A stretch of DNA of 50,193 nt, the filler included, from Jimgerdemannia flammicorona (taxonomy: Eukaryota), in NCBI GenBank assembly GCA_003990765.1. It is 2 parts of 2 records of this genome, joined end to end, with 100 filler letters (N's around TTAATTAATTAA, not from the genome) between each part and the next. Parts side by side here need not be neighbours in the genome. Positions count along the whole stretch, not along the records: positions 25,153 to 50,193 come from RBNJ01000889.1; 1 more part is not named here. The stretch is one strand, 5' to 3'. Under the pieces are notes generated by a model. That model had not been told where the DNA came from. It saw nothing but the letters and a program-made list of their open reading frames with translations, and searched no databases. Made by a program: the position numbers and the translations under genes. Positions 32,553 to 44,703 of this stretch are shown in pieces. Each line of letters begins with the position of its first letter. The first letter of the stretch is position 1.

Positions 32553-33930
32553 AGTTATTCAAGGAATCATATTCCTGAACTAAGTTGGTAGCATTCTGGA
32601 GATTGGTCTTGGGTTCCCAGGTTACATCATAGATTGGGTAATCTTTCCATTTAACAAGATACTCAGGGTGGCTCTTGTTGCCATATTTGTTGAGGATTTG
32701 TTCAACTTCATACTCTTCTTAGTCATTAATAATAATAGGTGCAGATGGTTCGGTAGTTCAGTTCGGGAATAGTTTATCATTATTATCATTATATCGCTTG
32801 AGACATTAGACATTGAAGACTGGGTGAATCTTAATGGTGTCTGGTAGCACCAGTTTGTAGGAGGTTGGAGAGACCTATGCAATGACTTCAAATGGTCCAA
32901 TGAACTTGCTATTCAGCTTTGTAGATGGTCTGTGCTTGAGGTTATCAACTCAGTATCCTCGGATGTCTAGTAGAACTTTTTCTCCAATATTGAAGGTTTC
33001 TTCTCAGCAGTATTGGTTAACATACTGTGACTGTTGTTCTTGAGCTTGCAATAAATTCTCAATTGCAATCTGGCTTAGATTATGCATTTGGAGCAGGAAT
33101 TCTTCAATAGCTTCGACTATAGAGGGTTCATCAGTAGTTTGGATAAGTGTCAGAGGAGTGTTTGGGTTTTGTCCAGTATTGGCGAAGAATGGAGTCATTC
33201 CAAGAGAGGCTTGCTTGCTATTGTTATAGGCAAACTCGACTACAGTGAGGTGTTCATGCCAATCATCTTGTTTGTAGGAAACATAGTTCCTTAGTATTTG
33301 TTCCAGAGTTTGGTTCATTCTTTTGGTTTGGCCATTAGTTTCAGAGTGAAAGGCTGTAGATAGTGCAAGTTTTGTTCCAAGGTGTGCATGGAGGGCTTTC
33401 CCAAAATGGCTGGTGAATTTCAGATCTCAGTCACTAACGATGATCTTAGAAAGACCATAATAGTGGAAGATGTTGTCAAACAAGAGTGTGGCTATGTCTG
33501 GTGCTGTTGCAGTAATGGTAGTTGGTACAAAGTGGGCTTGTTTGCTGAGATAGTCTATGAAGACAACAATTGCATCTTTTCTGTTCTTGGTTTGGGGTAG
33601 TTATATAATGAAGTCCATAGAGATTTGTTCTCAATTCGTGAATGGTACTGGGATAGAGTGAAGTAAGCCAGGTTTTGCTAGTGTTGAGGACTTGTTTTAT
33701 TGGTGGGCATCACAGGAAGTGATGTAGGTTTTGAGCTGATCTACTATGCAGGGCCAATAGAAGTTTCAGGAGATAACTTTGTAACATTTATCGAATCCTA
33801 AATGTCTAGCTGTAGGGGCATTATGACACTCGAATAAGATAGTTCTTTGGAGGTCTCGGTTGTTTGGGACATACAGTCTGTCTTTGTAGTAGATAGTATT
33901 ATCCTTCAGTTGGTATTGATGATACTGTGT
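32553..33930 (-). pseudogene. B2 integrase plus chromodomain
   Basis: ECHNAPTARHLG..FYWP..ITSCDAHQ, ISMDFII, IVSD*DLKFT, MNQTLEQILRNYV, FIGPFEV, EYEVEQIL..YLVKWKDY..TWEP. Confidence 0.93.
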
Positions 33931-34059
33931 TTGCTTGTCAGTATTATCACTATTCAGGATTTCTCAGAGTGCTTGAGCTTCCTTATTATTGGCACATACT
34001 GCAATAATTTACTCTATAATAGTGTTGGTAACCAAGGTGAGAGTATGGATAACTTCTTC

Positions 34060-35400
34060 AATAGGTGGTCTGGAGATTACATTGGCAATAATATTTTCCT
34101 TGCCAGGGCGATACTGGATTTCATAGTCAAAGTTGGTGAGGACTTTCATCCATCTGGCTTACTTTCGAGAAAGGGTAGCCTGTGTCTTGATGTTGAATAA
34201 TGACTTGTGGTTAGTCAATACAGTGAAGTGTGCTCCTTCTAGGTATGGTCACCATTTGATCAGAGTGTCTATGATGGCTAGCATTTCCTTCTTGTGAGTT
34301 GCATAGTTGATTTTGGCATCATTGAACTTGCAGGAGTGATAGGCCACTGGGTGTCCTTCTTGCATGAGTACTGCTCCAAGGGCTAGGTCAGAGGCATCAG
34401 TGGTAACTTCATATAGCAGTACAGGGTTTGCCGCTTGAAGTACTGGAGTGGTTATCAGGGCATCCTTCAGTGCTTGAAAGGCGGTATCTTACTTAGGTCC
34501 CCAATTTACAAGATTGTTGAAGTCTTTTTCTTGTTTTATAGTCCAGGGCTATTCTTTTTTCTTATTATGCTTGGTTATTTAGATAAGGGCAGTAGCAATT
34601 TTAGCAAAGTTGGCAACAAATCGCCTATAGTAGTTTGCTAATCCTAGGAATAACTGGAGGTCTTTCAGCTTCTTGGGTCTGAGCCAATCCTTGATTGCGG
34701 AGATTTTGCTGTAGTCCACTTTGATTCCATTTGGAGTAATAATGTGTCCAAGGAATTGAATTTCTTTCAGGAGAAATTCACACTTGCTGAGTTTTGCAAA
34801 GAGTCAGTTTTCTTGGAGTTTCAGTAGTACTAGTTCAAGGTGTTCAAGATGTTCCTCCAGAGTTTTGCTGAAGACTAGAATGTCATCGATATAGACAACA
34901 ATAAATTTGTCCAAGTATGGGTGCAGAATAGTATTCATTAGTATCTGGAAGGTTGCAGGAGCATTAGTTAAGCTAAAAGGCATAACCAGGAACTCAAAGT
35001 GTCCATAGTAAGTTCGGAAGGCTGTCTTGTAGATGTCTTCTTCTTTCATGGTAATTTGCCAGTAACTATTTTGCAAGTCAAAGGAGCTCATGAATTGTGG
35101 GTTGGTAAGTCTATCAAATATTTCATCGATCCTCGGTAGTTGGCAACAGTTCTTGATGGTCTGTTCATTGAGATCATGGTAGTCAATACACATTCGCAGG
35201 TCTCCTCCTTTCTTGACAATAAATAGGACTGGTGCACCATAAGGTGATATGCTAGGTCTGATGAATCCTTATTCTAGGAGTTTGTCAATTTCTTTCTTGA
35301 GTGCATTGATTTCTCTCAGAGACATGTAGTAGATTAACTTGAAGGCTGGTTTGGCATCTGGGATAGTTTTGATTACATGGTCTACTGCTTATTTGGGAGA
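34060..35400 (-). pseudogene. B2 reverse transcriptase and RNase H
   Basis: [67 protein letters not shown]. Confidence 0.95.
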
Positions 35401-35689
35401 TAGGCCTTTCAGAAGCTTTTTTGGGAATATGTCTCGAAATTTCTGGAGTAGTGGTCTGACATGGCTGTCAACTTTGGAAAAATCTTCTTCAGAGTTCTCG
35501 GGTTCTCCTTTGGATGGGCAGATGGAGATGGCGAAGAGAGGGCATTTCTTGGCCAATTTCTTGAGTTGTAGCTTATTGATGTGGGTGATCTTTGGTCCAG
35601 GGTCACTAGAACTGAGTGGGTTCTTTTCACCTTACAGTTTGAAGTTGTGGCGTCCTTTCTTGATGGTCAGAGAATAGTTTACCCAATCG

Positions 35690-36000
35690 ATCATGGGGTT
35701 CTCTTGTTTCAACTATGGAGTTTCAAGGATGATTTCATTGTCAGAGAGTGGTACGATCTGGAGGGTAACATGTACTTGATAGTCACCAATTCAGAAGGGT
35801 AGATTGTAGACTTCCTTGCTGATAACATGTGAGGTTCCATCAGCTGTGGCAACTGCTTGAGTTTGTTATACCAGAGAGGTGAAGACCTTAAGTCTGTTGG
35901 CTGTCTCTTCACTGATGAAGTTGCCTGAGGCACCACTGTCTATCATAATCTTGACAGATACTTGATTGACAAAAGCTTTAAGTGTAAGCAGTTTGTCTGA
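35690..36000 (-). pseudogene. B2 aspartic protease
   Basis: KIMIDSGASGNFISE, ATADG, EIILETP. Confidence 0.9.
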
Positions 36001-36054
36001 TCCAATGGTAGTGATTTCAGTTGTTTGACCTTTCCTTCTGTTGGTTCTTCTTTG

Positions 36055-36186
36055 AGCCAGTTCATTGACACAAGAGAAGCAATCATCAATCATTCAGGAA
36101 GAGTACATTCCAATGCCATGAGGGCATCAGCCACTTGATACATATCCATCTTCGATCTTCTTGTAGAATTGTTCTTCTTTGCTCAT
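36055..36186 (-). other. Conserved putative Zn-binding module C-x-H-x12-C-x2-C in family B (second copy 26395-26525, plus)
   Basis: MSKEEQFYKKIEDGYVSSG*CPHGIGMYSS*MIDDCFSCVNEL; the stops are explicable as CGA->TGA. Confidence 0.65.
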
Positions 36187-36204
36187 AGTAGATTGGGCTG
36201 GGGC

Positions 36205-36620
36205 CTTATTCAATGAGCCAAATTCTTTGGATCCTCAGATGGTGGGCAGTAGTTCAGGGACTTCCTTGACTGTCAGGGTTGACTTAATTTTTTCAAATAG
36301 AATCTGGGCAATGCAGAAACCTATAGAGATCTTGAAGAGTGTCCAACTGTGGTTTCAAATGAGGACAATGATTTCGCCTGTGTAATCTTTGTCGATAACT
36401 CCTCCTTCTACTGAGAGTTCTTTCAATGCTAGGCTGCTGCGACAGCATATTCTTCCAACATATCCTTCAGGGATTTGGATGCTGATTCCTGTGTAGACTT
36501 GTTTGACTTCTCAGTTGGAAACTGTAACTTCTTTGGCTGCATATAGGTCATATCCAGCTGCTTTTTGACTTCCTTTGGTTGGGGCCTTAGCAGTTTGTCT
36601 TAACTTGACAAAGTCTAGTG
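36205..36620 (-). pseudogene. dut: dUTPase domain of family B, between the gag zinc knuckle and protease
   Basis: FVKL..AKAPTKGSQKAAGYDLYA, TGISIQIPEGYVGRICCRSSLA, VEGGVIDKDYTGEI, IAQILF, *GSKEFGS. Confidence 0.92.
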
Positions 36621-36649
36621 TTCTGGTGGTCAGGTTGTTGAGATGGTGC

Positions 36650-38450
36650 AGAGTGGTAACAGTTGCTCATATTGCTGTTCAGGGTTTTCAGATAGGGCAG
36701 GCACTGGCCATGTATCCTGTCTTTTGGCAATAGAAGCATACTCTACTTCTTTGAAGTTCATTCCTTTCGCCTTCAGTGAGTTTTTTGAAGGTGCTTGGTT
36801 GGGTGGGTTCATGATTTCTAGGTGTCTAAGAGGTGGATGTGGAGGGAGCTTGGGATGCTTCATGCTTGGGTTCTTCTTTCTTGGTCCAAGTCTTTTCCTT
36901 GTTGTTGAATTGTCTTCAGGGCAGAATTGGTCCAGCTGTTAGGATTTGCTTGACCATAGTCTTGATTCTTGCCAGGCACCATTGTTGGTAATCACAACCA
37001 ACTGGGCAGCCTTGTTCTCAGATTTTTCTAGTAAGCCATTCAGGCAGAGTATTGAATAAATGGTCTGCTCTTGTACCATTTTGTGCTTCATCATTGGCGA
37101 TATATCCTAGGCCAACAGTGTTCAGGAGTAACTTGAGTTTTATACAGAAGGTTTCAAATTCTTCTTTGCCATATACATTAAATTTGAGGTTGCAGAGTTT
37201 TACTCAGGATTCAGCAATCATAGTTTCACTGCGGTATTGGGCAATCATGAGTTGTTTGAGTCCAGGGGCTGCAGGATGGGCTCCATATCCTGGGGTATTA
37301 TTTACTACATTCTGAGCAACTACTGCAGGTCAGGTATCCCATATGAGGGGTTTTTCAGGAAGGGTTCACCACCATTCTTTGGCAGATCCTTGGAAGAATG
37401 TAACAACTCAGCAGACATAGGCTGTAGTGATAGCAAAGAGTTGTTCCAGAGTGTGGTTTTAATTGTTTATCAGAACATGATCAGCAACTCACTCATTGGT
37501 CCATTGATTGGCTTTGAAGTTGATGTCAACTACACTAATGAAGCTTTGGACTTCTTGTGCAGTACCATTGAAGATAGGTAGGCTCAGATTTTTGGTGGGT
37601 CGGGTCTGTTCAGCTAAGGCAGTAATGGTTGCTGCCATTATTGCTACCTGGGCTGTGAGGTCTAGAATCTGTTGGTTTGCTATGTTGTTTACTGGAGGTG
37701 GTTGGACTACTGATAGTAGTATTACTGGTACTACTTGAGGTACTGGTGCAGAGTGTGATAGGGTTCTTTGAGTCTGTATAAGTTGCTAAAGTAGTAGTTG
37801 TAGGTCTGGAGTGAGGGCTTGATAGATAACTGTTTATTGCTATGTAGGTGTATTCTGTCCTGATAGAGGTACTTCTTCTTTAGTGGTATATCCGGGATCG
37901 AATTCACTAAGATACTCCTCCTCTTCTTCGGTTTGGTCCCCATGTAATTGGGTTTGCTCGGCATCAAAGTAGATAGAATTAGTTGTATATCTGATTTCAG
38001 ATAGACTTAATTCAAAGTCAAGTTCAGGTTCAGTATTGGTTTCAGATTCAGATAGGGCTATAACAGAGCCTGCTTCAGGTTCAGGGTCAGGTAGTTGATG
38101 AAGGGTTTCTCTTACTTCTTCTTTAAGAATATGGTGGACCTTGCTGTTCTGGAATCAGTAGTATAATGTGGTCTTGGTCCTGGTACAGTGAAAATTGGTA
38201 GAGTTGAGCTACTTGGCTATAGAGGCTTGAGCTTTATGAGGAACTAAGGCTAGAAAGACTGCTGCTGGTTGTCCTAGATCACTCGGGTTTGTGAAGCTGA
38301 CAAAACTCTTGTTGAGAAGAGTAAAGAAGGCTTCAATAAGACCTTCTTCATCTTGACTTGCTAGGTATAGTGCAAGGAGTTTGGTGAATAGGGCTTCACC
38401 TATTTGCTAGTTTAGTCAGAGTACTTCTTTTTTTGAATAAAGTTTGTCCC
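36650..38450 (-). pseudogene. B2 gag with CCHC knuckle; start approximate
   Basis: CFYCQKTGYMASAC at 36695-36745; LPIFNG..; FNTLPEWL; lies directly downstream of the PBS. Confidence 0.8.
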
Positions 38451-38627
38451 ACTTGTTACAGATGTAGAGGTCAAATTGTCCTTATATATCAGGTTCAATT
38501 CTCTCCAAATTGTCAGATGGTTCAGGATAAATTCCAGTTCAGAGTTTGGGCTTTATACCAACTTGTAGGAATTCTCAGAAGGGTTTATAGCAGGATGAGG
38601 AAGTGTCTTGAAGCAGAATTGAATTGT

Positions 38628-38645
38628 AAACCACTGCTACCAAGT
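38628..38645 (-). promoter_or_regulatory. B2 primer-binding site TGGTAGCAGTGG (initiator-Met-like)
   Basis: 3 nt after the 5' LTR; TGGTAGC is the complement of the eukaryotic tRNAi-Met 3' end, as in Ty1/Ty3. Confidence 0.75.
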
Positions 38646-40714
38646 TGTAAGAGGGTTGCTTTTTAGGGTAACCATTATGTAGTTCTGGAAGGGTTTTCTG
38701 GAAGTTCTGGATGTTCTGGAAGACCATTTTCTTATGGCCAAGATCAATTTCATATGGAGTATATCCTCTGTACTTATTGGTTTCAAGTTTGGGTTGATGT
38801 CTCAACCAAAGTCCTTTTTTGAACTAGTTCTGGATGTTCAGGATTTTCTATATTTCAGGAAGTTTAAGAAACTAAGACCAGCTTAGTTGAATTGGTGTAT
38901 CACTGCTGACAATACCCAATTAGGAAATTTTGTGATGTGATTAGGAGTGGGACCTAATGGGGAGCAGATTTACTTAAGAGTGGTTTGTAGGTTATTAAAT
39001 AGGTTTATTCACTATTCATGATATTGCTATACTAGGAGTAGTTGTGTGAAGGGATATTATGGGAAAGTGCTCAGGAGTTATGTTCGGATTATTCAAGTCT
39101 TTCAAGTCTGAGATTCTGAGGTCTGGGGGAGGGGATATTTATACTAGTGAGGGGCTATCTGGACTATACTAGATATGGATGTAGCACTAAGTGCCTCACT
39201 GAGTCAGAATGCAGTTATATAGTACAAGTGTGATCTGACATATCAAGAGATCATCTGACTGCTGAGTCAGTTCACAGTTACATTGTACAAGGCTAATCTA
39301 ACTATACTATGACTGCTAGGCTATTTATAGGTTTAGACACTGTCTGGGTAGTCTTCGATGATATTACTATCAATTGTATCATCTCTGATGAAGTAGTCAT
39401 CTAGGAAGAGTGGTTCGTGGATTACTTCTCCTTGTTCGCTGAGGTAATAATATATTGGAACTTCATCTCCATTCTACAAGATAGCATCATCAGTCTCATA
39501 TGTTGGATAAGGTATTGGTGGGCAAAGAAGGGGTGCATCATCTTCGCTTTTATTGATTTTGCTATTTGTATACCTTCTAGGTTACAGTACTATGAGTTGT
39601 GGGGTTGTAGTAAGCTGGCGGCTGTAGTTCATATCACTCACACTCAGGTGGTGGAGTGGTTGGTTCAATCTCGAGGGTTGTCTGGAGGTATAGGTTGTAT
39701 TCTCTGGTATCTTTGTTGTAGTTGAAGTAATTGGGGGTAAATGCAGGTTGGTATTTGTGTCAGTGGTCATTATTCCAATAAGTCTTGTATGCTGTTATGA
39801 ATTGTTGTAAGTTCATTAGCAAGGTTGGCAGTGTGATCAGGGTTGGCAGGGATTCTTGGCTTGAGGTCATGTTGGTATCAGAGAAATCATTGTCTTCTGC
39901 TTCATCTTTATTGAAGTAGATTATATTGTAGACATCCTTCATAGCATATCCAACTTGGGGCATTTGTAGGATATGATCATTGAGGTGGAGGAAGGTTCTG
40001 TCTGTGGTTTCAACATACTCGAGGTACTTATGATTGAGTTTTTATATCATGTCATCGATTTGGCCATAGGACAGGGTACAACCATTTCAGCTATGGTAAC
40101 TCAGAGATAGGAGATAACAGTGCTATACTCATAGAAGAGTTCTCAATGTTTGTGGGTGATGAGTTTCTGGTATTGAGACATCTGGGTAATATCTGTATCA
40201 TGGTGGTGTTTGACCATGTCTTCCAGGAGGCAGCCGATCTGGTAGTAGCTTGAAATTTGTCCAATTTGGTAGACCTCGCTAAGTATGTTCAGAGTATTCT
40301 ATCAGGCTTCCACAAAGTAAAGGAGTGCTAGGCTATGGATATTCATGAGGAGTAGAGGAGGTGTGGCTCGGTTGACAATGGCATTCCAAATATCAGTGTA
40401 GATACAGTTGTAGATCTCAGTGGTCATGTTTGTGTGTTGGAAGTTGTGGTTGTTGTTTGTTTTGGTTCTCTGTTTCGATGTGTCTCGGTGCTCAGTATAT
40501 GTACATTTGGTCCTGATTGGTAAGATTCTGTTTATGTGGATCTTGTGTTCTGTGACTTCATATTGACTCAGCTTTGTGCGCTGTGACTTCAGTTTGACTC
40601 AGCTTCATGATCAAGCAGGTGATTTCCAGATTTGTTCAGAGGTCGCGTGTGATTTCAGTGGCTTGTTCAGAGGGTGATATGTAATTTCAGTGGCTTGGAG
40701 GTTGTGCGCTTACA
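38646..40714 (-). repeat. B2 5' LTR (2069 bp), with U3 ORF copy at 39333-40427
   Basis: TGTAAG..CTTACA; direct repeat of 30060-32128. Confidence 0.97.
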
Positions 40715-42612
40715 GTTACCAACTCTATCATAGAACAAATTATCACAGCATGTGCTGATAATAAGGAAGCTCAAGCACTCTGAGAAATTCTGAACAGTAA
40801 TGATGCTGACAAGCATACCTGGTACCATCAATACCAACTGAAGAATAATACTATCTACTATAAGGACAGACTATATGTTTCAAACAACTAAGACCTCTGA
40901 AGAACTATTCTATTCGAATGTCATAATGCCCCTATAGCTGGACATTTAGGATTTGATAAATGCTATGAAGTTATCTCTCAGAACTTCTATTGGTCTCACA
41001 TAGCAGATCAGCTCAAGACCTACATTACTTCTTGTGATGCCTGTCAATAGAACAAGTCCTCAACACCAGCAAAACCTGATCTACTCCACTCTATCCCAGT
41101 ACCATCTGCTAATTGGGAACAAATCTCTATAGACTTCATTGTACAACTACCCTGAACCAAGAATGGGAAAGATGCAATTGTTGTCTTTGTAGATTATCTC
41201 AGCAAACAGACCCACTTTGTGCCAACTACTACTACTGTAATAGCACCAGACATAGCCACACTCTTGTTTGACAACATCTTCTGCTATCATGGTCTTCTTA
41301 AAATCATTGTTAGTGACTGAGATCTGAAATTCACCAACCATTTTTAGAAAGCCCTCCATGCATACCTTGGAATAAAACTTGCACTATCCACAGCCTTTTA
41401 CTCTGAAACTGATGGCCAAACTGAAAGAATGAACTGAACTCTAGAACAAATGCTAAGGAACTATGTTTCCTACAGACAAGATGATTGGTATGAACACCCC
41501 ACTACAGTCAAGTTTGCCTATAACAACAGTAAGTAAGCCTCTCTGGGAATAACCCTATTTTTTGCCAATATAGGACAAAACCCAAACACCCCTCTGACAC
41601 TTATCCAAACCACTGATGAACTCTCCACAGTTGAAGCTGTTGAAAAATTCCTGCTCTGAATATGCAATCTAAGCCAGATTACAATCAAGAATTTATCATA
41701 AGCTTAAGAACAACAGACATAGTATGTCAATCAATACCATCAAGAAGAGACTTTGGATATTGGAGAAAAAGTTCTACTAGATATCCAAGGATACTGAGTT
41801 GACAACCTCAAGCATAAACCATCTACCAAGCTGAATAGCAAGTTTATTAGACCATTCAAAGTCATTGCACAAGTCTCTCCTACTTCCTACAAATTAGCAC
41901 TACTAGATACTATTAAGGTTCATCCAGTCTTTAATGTTCAATATCTTAAGCAATATAATGAAAACAATGATGAACTATTCCCAAACTGAACCATGGAACT
42001 ACCTGTACCTATCATAATTAATGACCAAGAAGAGTATGAAGTTGAACAAATCCTCAACAAACATGGTAACAAGAACCACCCTGAGTACCTTGTCAAATGG
42101 AAAGGTTACCTGATCCATGATGCAACATGGGAACCCAAGACCAATCTCCAGAATGCCACTGACTTAGTTCAGGAATATGATTCCTTGAACAACTAAAACT
42201 GAACATCTGACACCTATCAGTATATATTATATATTACTCTTCTGAACATTATAATTATCACAGACAAAATCAAGAACTCAGCAAGTCAAGACAAAAGAAT
42301 ACCAACTCTCTAGAAAATTAGCAAAACTGAAAGTAAGCTTATTCTCCCTATATCACTAGTGAGAAATGAGGTGTAGACATTTAAGAAGATTCCTTAGAGG
42401 AAATTCTCTAGTAATAAATAACATCAGAATCACTTCCAGTGAACACATGACCCTTTAACATATGAATCCAATACATTAGGCAACTGTATTACAAGCATGC
42501 CACTTTCTGAGAAAAATGGACTTTAAGACTTTTGACCTTCCAAATAGTGTAACAATACTAGAACAAATTAGAAGACTCTGATGAGGACATCAAAAGCTAA
42601 GAAGGGGAGAGT

Positions 42613-44703
42613 TGTAAGCACACAACCTCCAAGCCACCAAAACCACATATTATCCTCTGAACAAGCCACTGGAATCACATGCAACCTCTGAACAAATCTG
42701 GAAATCACCTGCTCAATCATGAAGCTGAGTCAAACTGAAGTTACAGCACACAAAGCTGAGTCAACAAGAAGTCACAGAATACAAGATTCACACAAATAGA
42801 ATCTTACTAATCAGGACTAAATATATATATACCAAGCACTGAGATACATCAAACAAAGAATCAAAACAAACAACAACTACAACTTCTGAATATATACAAA
42901 CATGATCACTGAGATCTACAACCACATACATGCTGATATTTGGAATACCATTATCAACTGAGCTACACCCCCTCTGCCCCTCATGGATATCCATAGTTTA
43001 GCATCCCTCTACTTTATGGAAGCCCAATGGAATGCCCTGAATATACTTAGCGAGGCCCACCAAATCAGACAAATCTCAAGCTACTACTACCTCAGCTGCC
43101 TCTTGGAAGATATGGTCAAACACTACTATGATATAGACATTACCCAGATGTCTCAACACTAGAAACTTATTGTCTGCAAATACTGAGAACTCTTCTATGA
43201 GTACAGCACCTTTATTTCCCATCTCTGAGTTACTATCAGTAAAATGGTTGCTACCTTGTTCTATAGCCAAATCGATGACATGATACAAGAACTCAACCAC
43301 AAGTACCTTGAATATATTCAGACTACAGACAGAACCTTCCTACACCCTGATGACCATATTCTACAAATGCCTCAAGTCAGATATACAATAAAGGATATCT
43401 ACGATATAATCCAATTTGATGAAGATAAAGCAGAAGACAATGATCCCTCCAATGCTAACATAACCTCTAGCCAAGAATCTCTGCCAACTCTGATCACTTC
43501 ACCAATCTTGCCAATGAACTTATAACAGTTCATAACTACCTATGAGACCTATTGGAACAATGATCACTGGTACAAATACTAACTTGCATTTACCTCTAAT
43601 TACTTCAACTATAATGAAGAGACAGGAGAATGCAACCTGTACCTTCAGACAACCCTTGAGATTGAACCAACTACTCCACTACCCAAGTATGAGTGACATG
43701 AATCACAGCTACCAGCTTACTACAACCCTATAACTCATAGTGCTATAACCTATAGAAGGTATGCAGACAGCAAATCTGATGAAAGTGAAGATGATACATC
43801 ACTCCTTAGCCCACCAATGCCTTATCTAGTATATGAGACAGATGATGCTATTCTGTGGGATGGCAATGAAGTTTTAATATATTATTACCTCAGTAAACAA
43901 GGAGAAGTAATCCACAAACCACTCTTTCTAGATAACTACTTCATCAGAGATAATATCATTAATAGTGATATCATTGAAGACTATCCAGACAGCATCTAAA
44001 TCTATAAATAGCTTAGCAGTCATAGTATAGTTAGATTAGCCTTGTATGATATGACTGTAAACTGACTCAGCAATCAGATGATCTCTTGATATGTCAGATC
44101 ACACTTATACTACATGACTGTATTCTGACTCAGTAAGGTACTAAGTATTACATCCATATTCAACATAGTCCAGATAGCCCCTCACTAGTATAAATACCCC
44201 CTCCCCCAGATCTCAGAATCTTAGACTTGAAGATATAAATAGACTTGAACACTTGAACAATCTGAACACAACTCCTGAGCACTTCCCCACAATATCTCTT
44301 ATATAACTACTCCTAGTATAGTAATATCATAAATAGCAAATAAACCAATTTAATAATCCACAAACTACTCTTAAGTAAATTCACTCCCTGTTAGGTTCTA
44401 CTCCTAACCCCATCATAAAATTTTCTAATTGGATATTATCTGCAGTGATATGCCAATTCAACTAAGCTGGTCTTAGTTTCTTGAACTTCCTGAAATATAG
44501 AAAATCCTGAACATCCAGAACTAGTCTGAAAAAGGACTTTGGTTGAGATGTCAACTTGATCTTGAAATTAATAAGTATAGAGGATATACTCTATACAAAA
44601 TTGATCTTGACCTTAAGAAAATGGTCTTCCAGAATATCTAGAACTTCCAGAAAACCCTTTCAGAACTATGTAATAGTTACTCTAAAAAGTAAACCCTCTT
44701 ACA
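42613..44703 (+). repeat. B1 3' LTR, with U3 ORF at 42902-43999, TATA-like site ~44188 and AATAAA ~44339
   Basis: Follows the PPT at 42599-42612; tgtaag..cttaca; reverse complement of the B2 LTRs. Confidence 0.95.

Larger units (their letters stand above)
30060..40714 (-). mobile_element. Full-length chromoviral Ty3/Gypsy family B copy B2 (gag-dUTPase-ZnF-PR-RT-RH-IN-chromo), inserted antisense into B1
   Basis: Two 2069-bp LTRs TGTAAG..CTTACA; TSD attac/gttac (target GTTAC); PBS, PPT and all domains recognisable. Confidence 0.97.
25397..44703 (+). mobile_element. Chromoviral Ty3/Gypsy family B copy B1, 5'-truncated and split by two insertions (segments 25397-26859, 28362-30059, 40715-44703)
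   Basis: gag C-terminus/CCHC, dUTPase (25960-26375), PR, RT (YIDD ~29194), RH, IN, chromodomain (EYEVEQIL..YLVKWKGY..ATWEP, 42030-42190), PPT aagaaggggagag and 3' LTR. Reading frames rejoin across both TSD-flanked inserts. Confidence 0.93.
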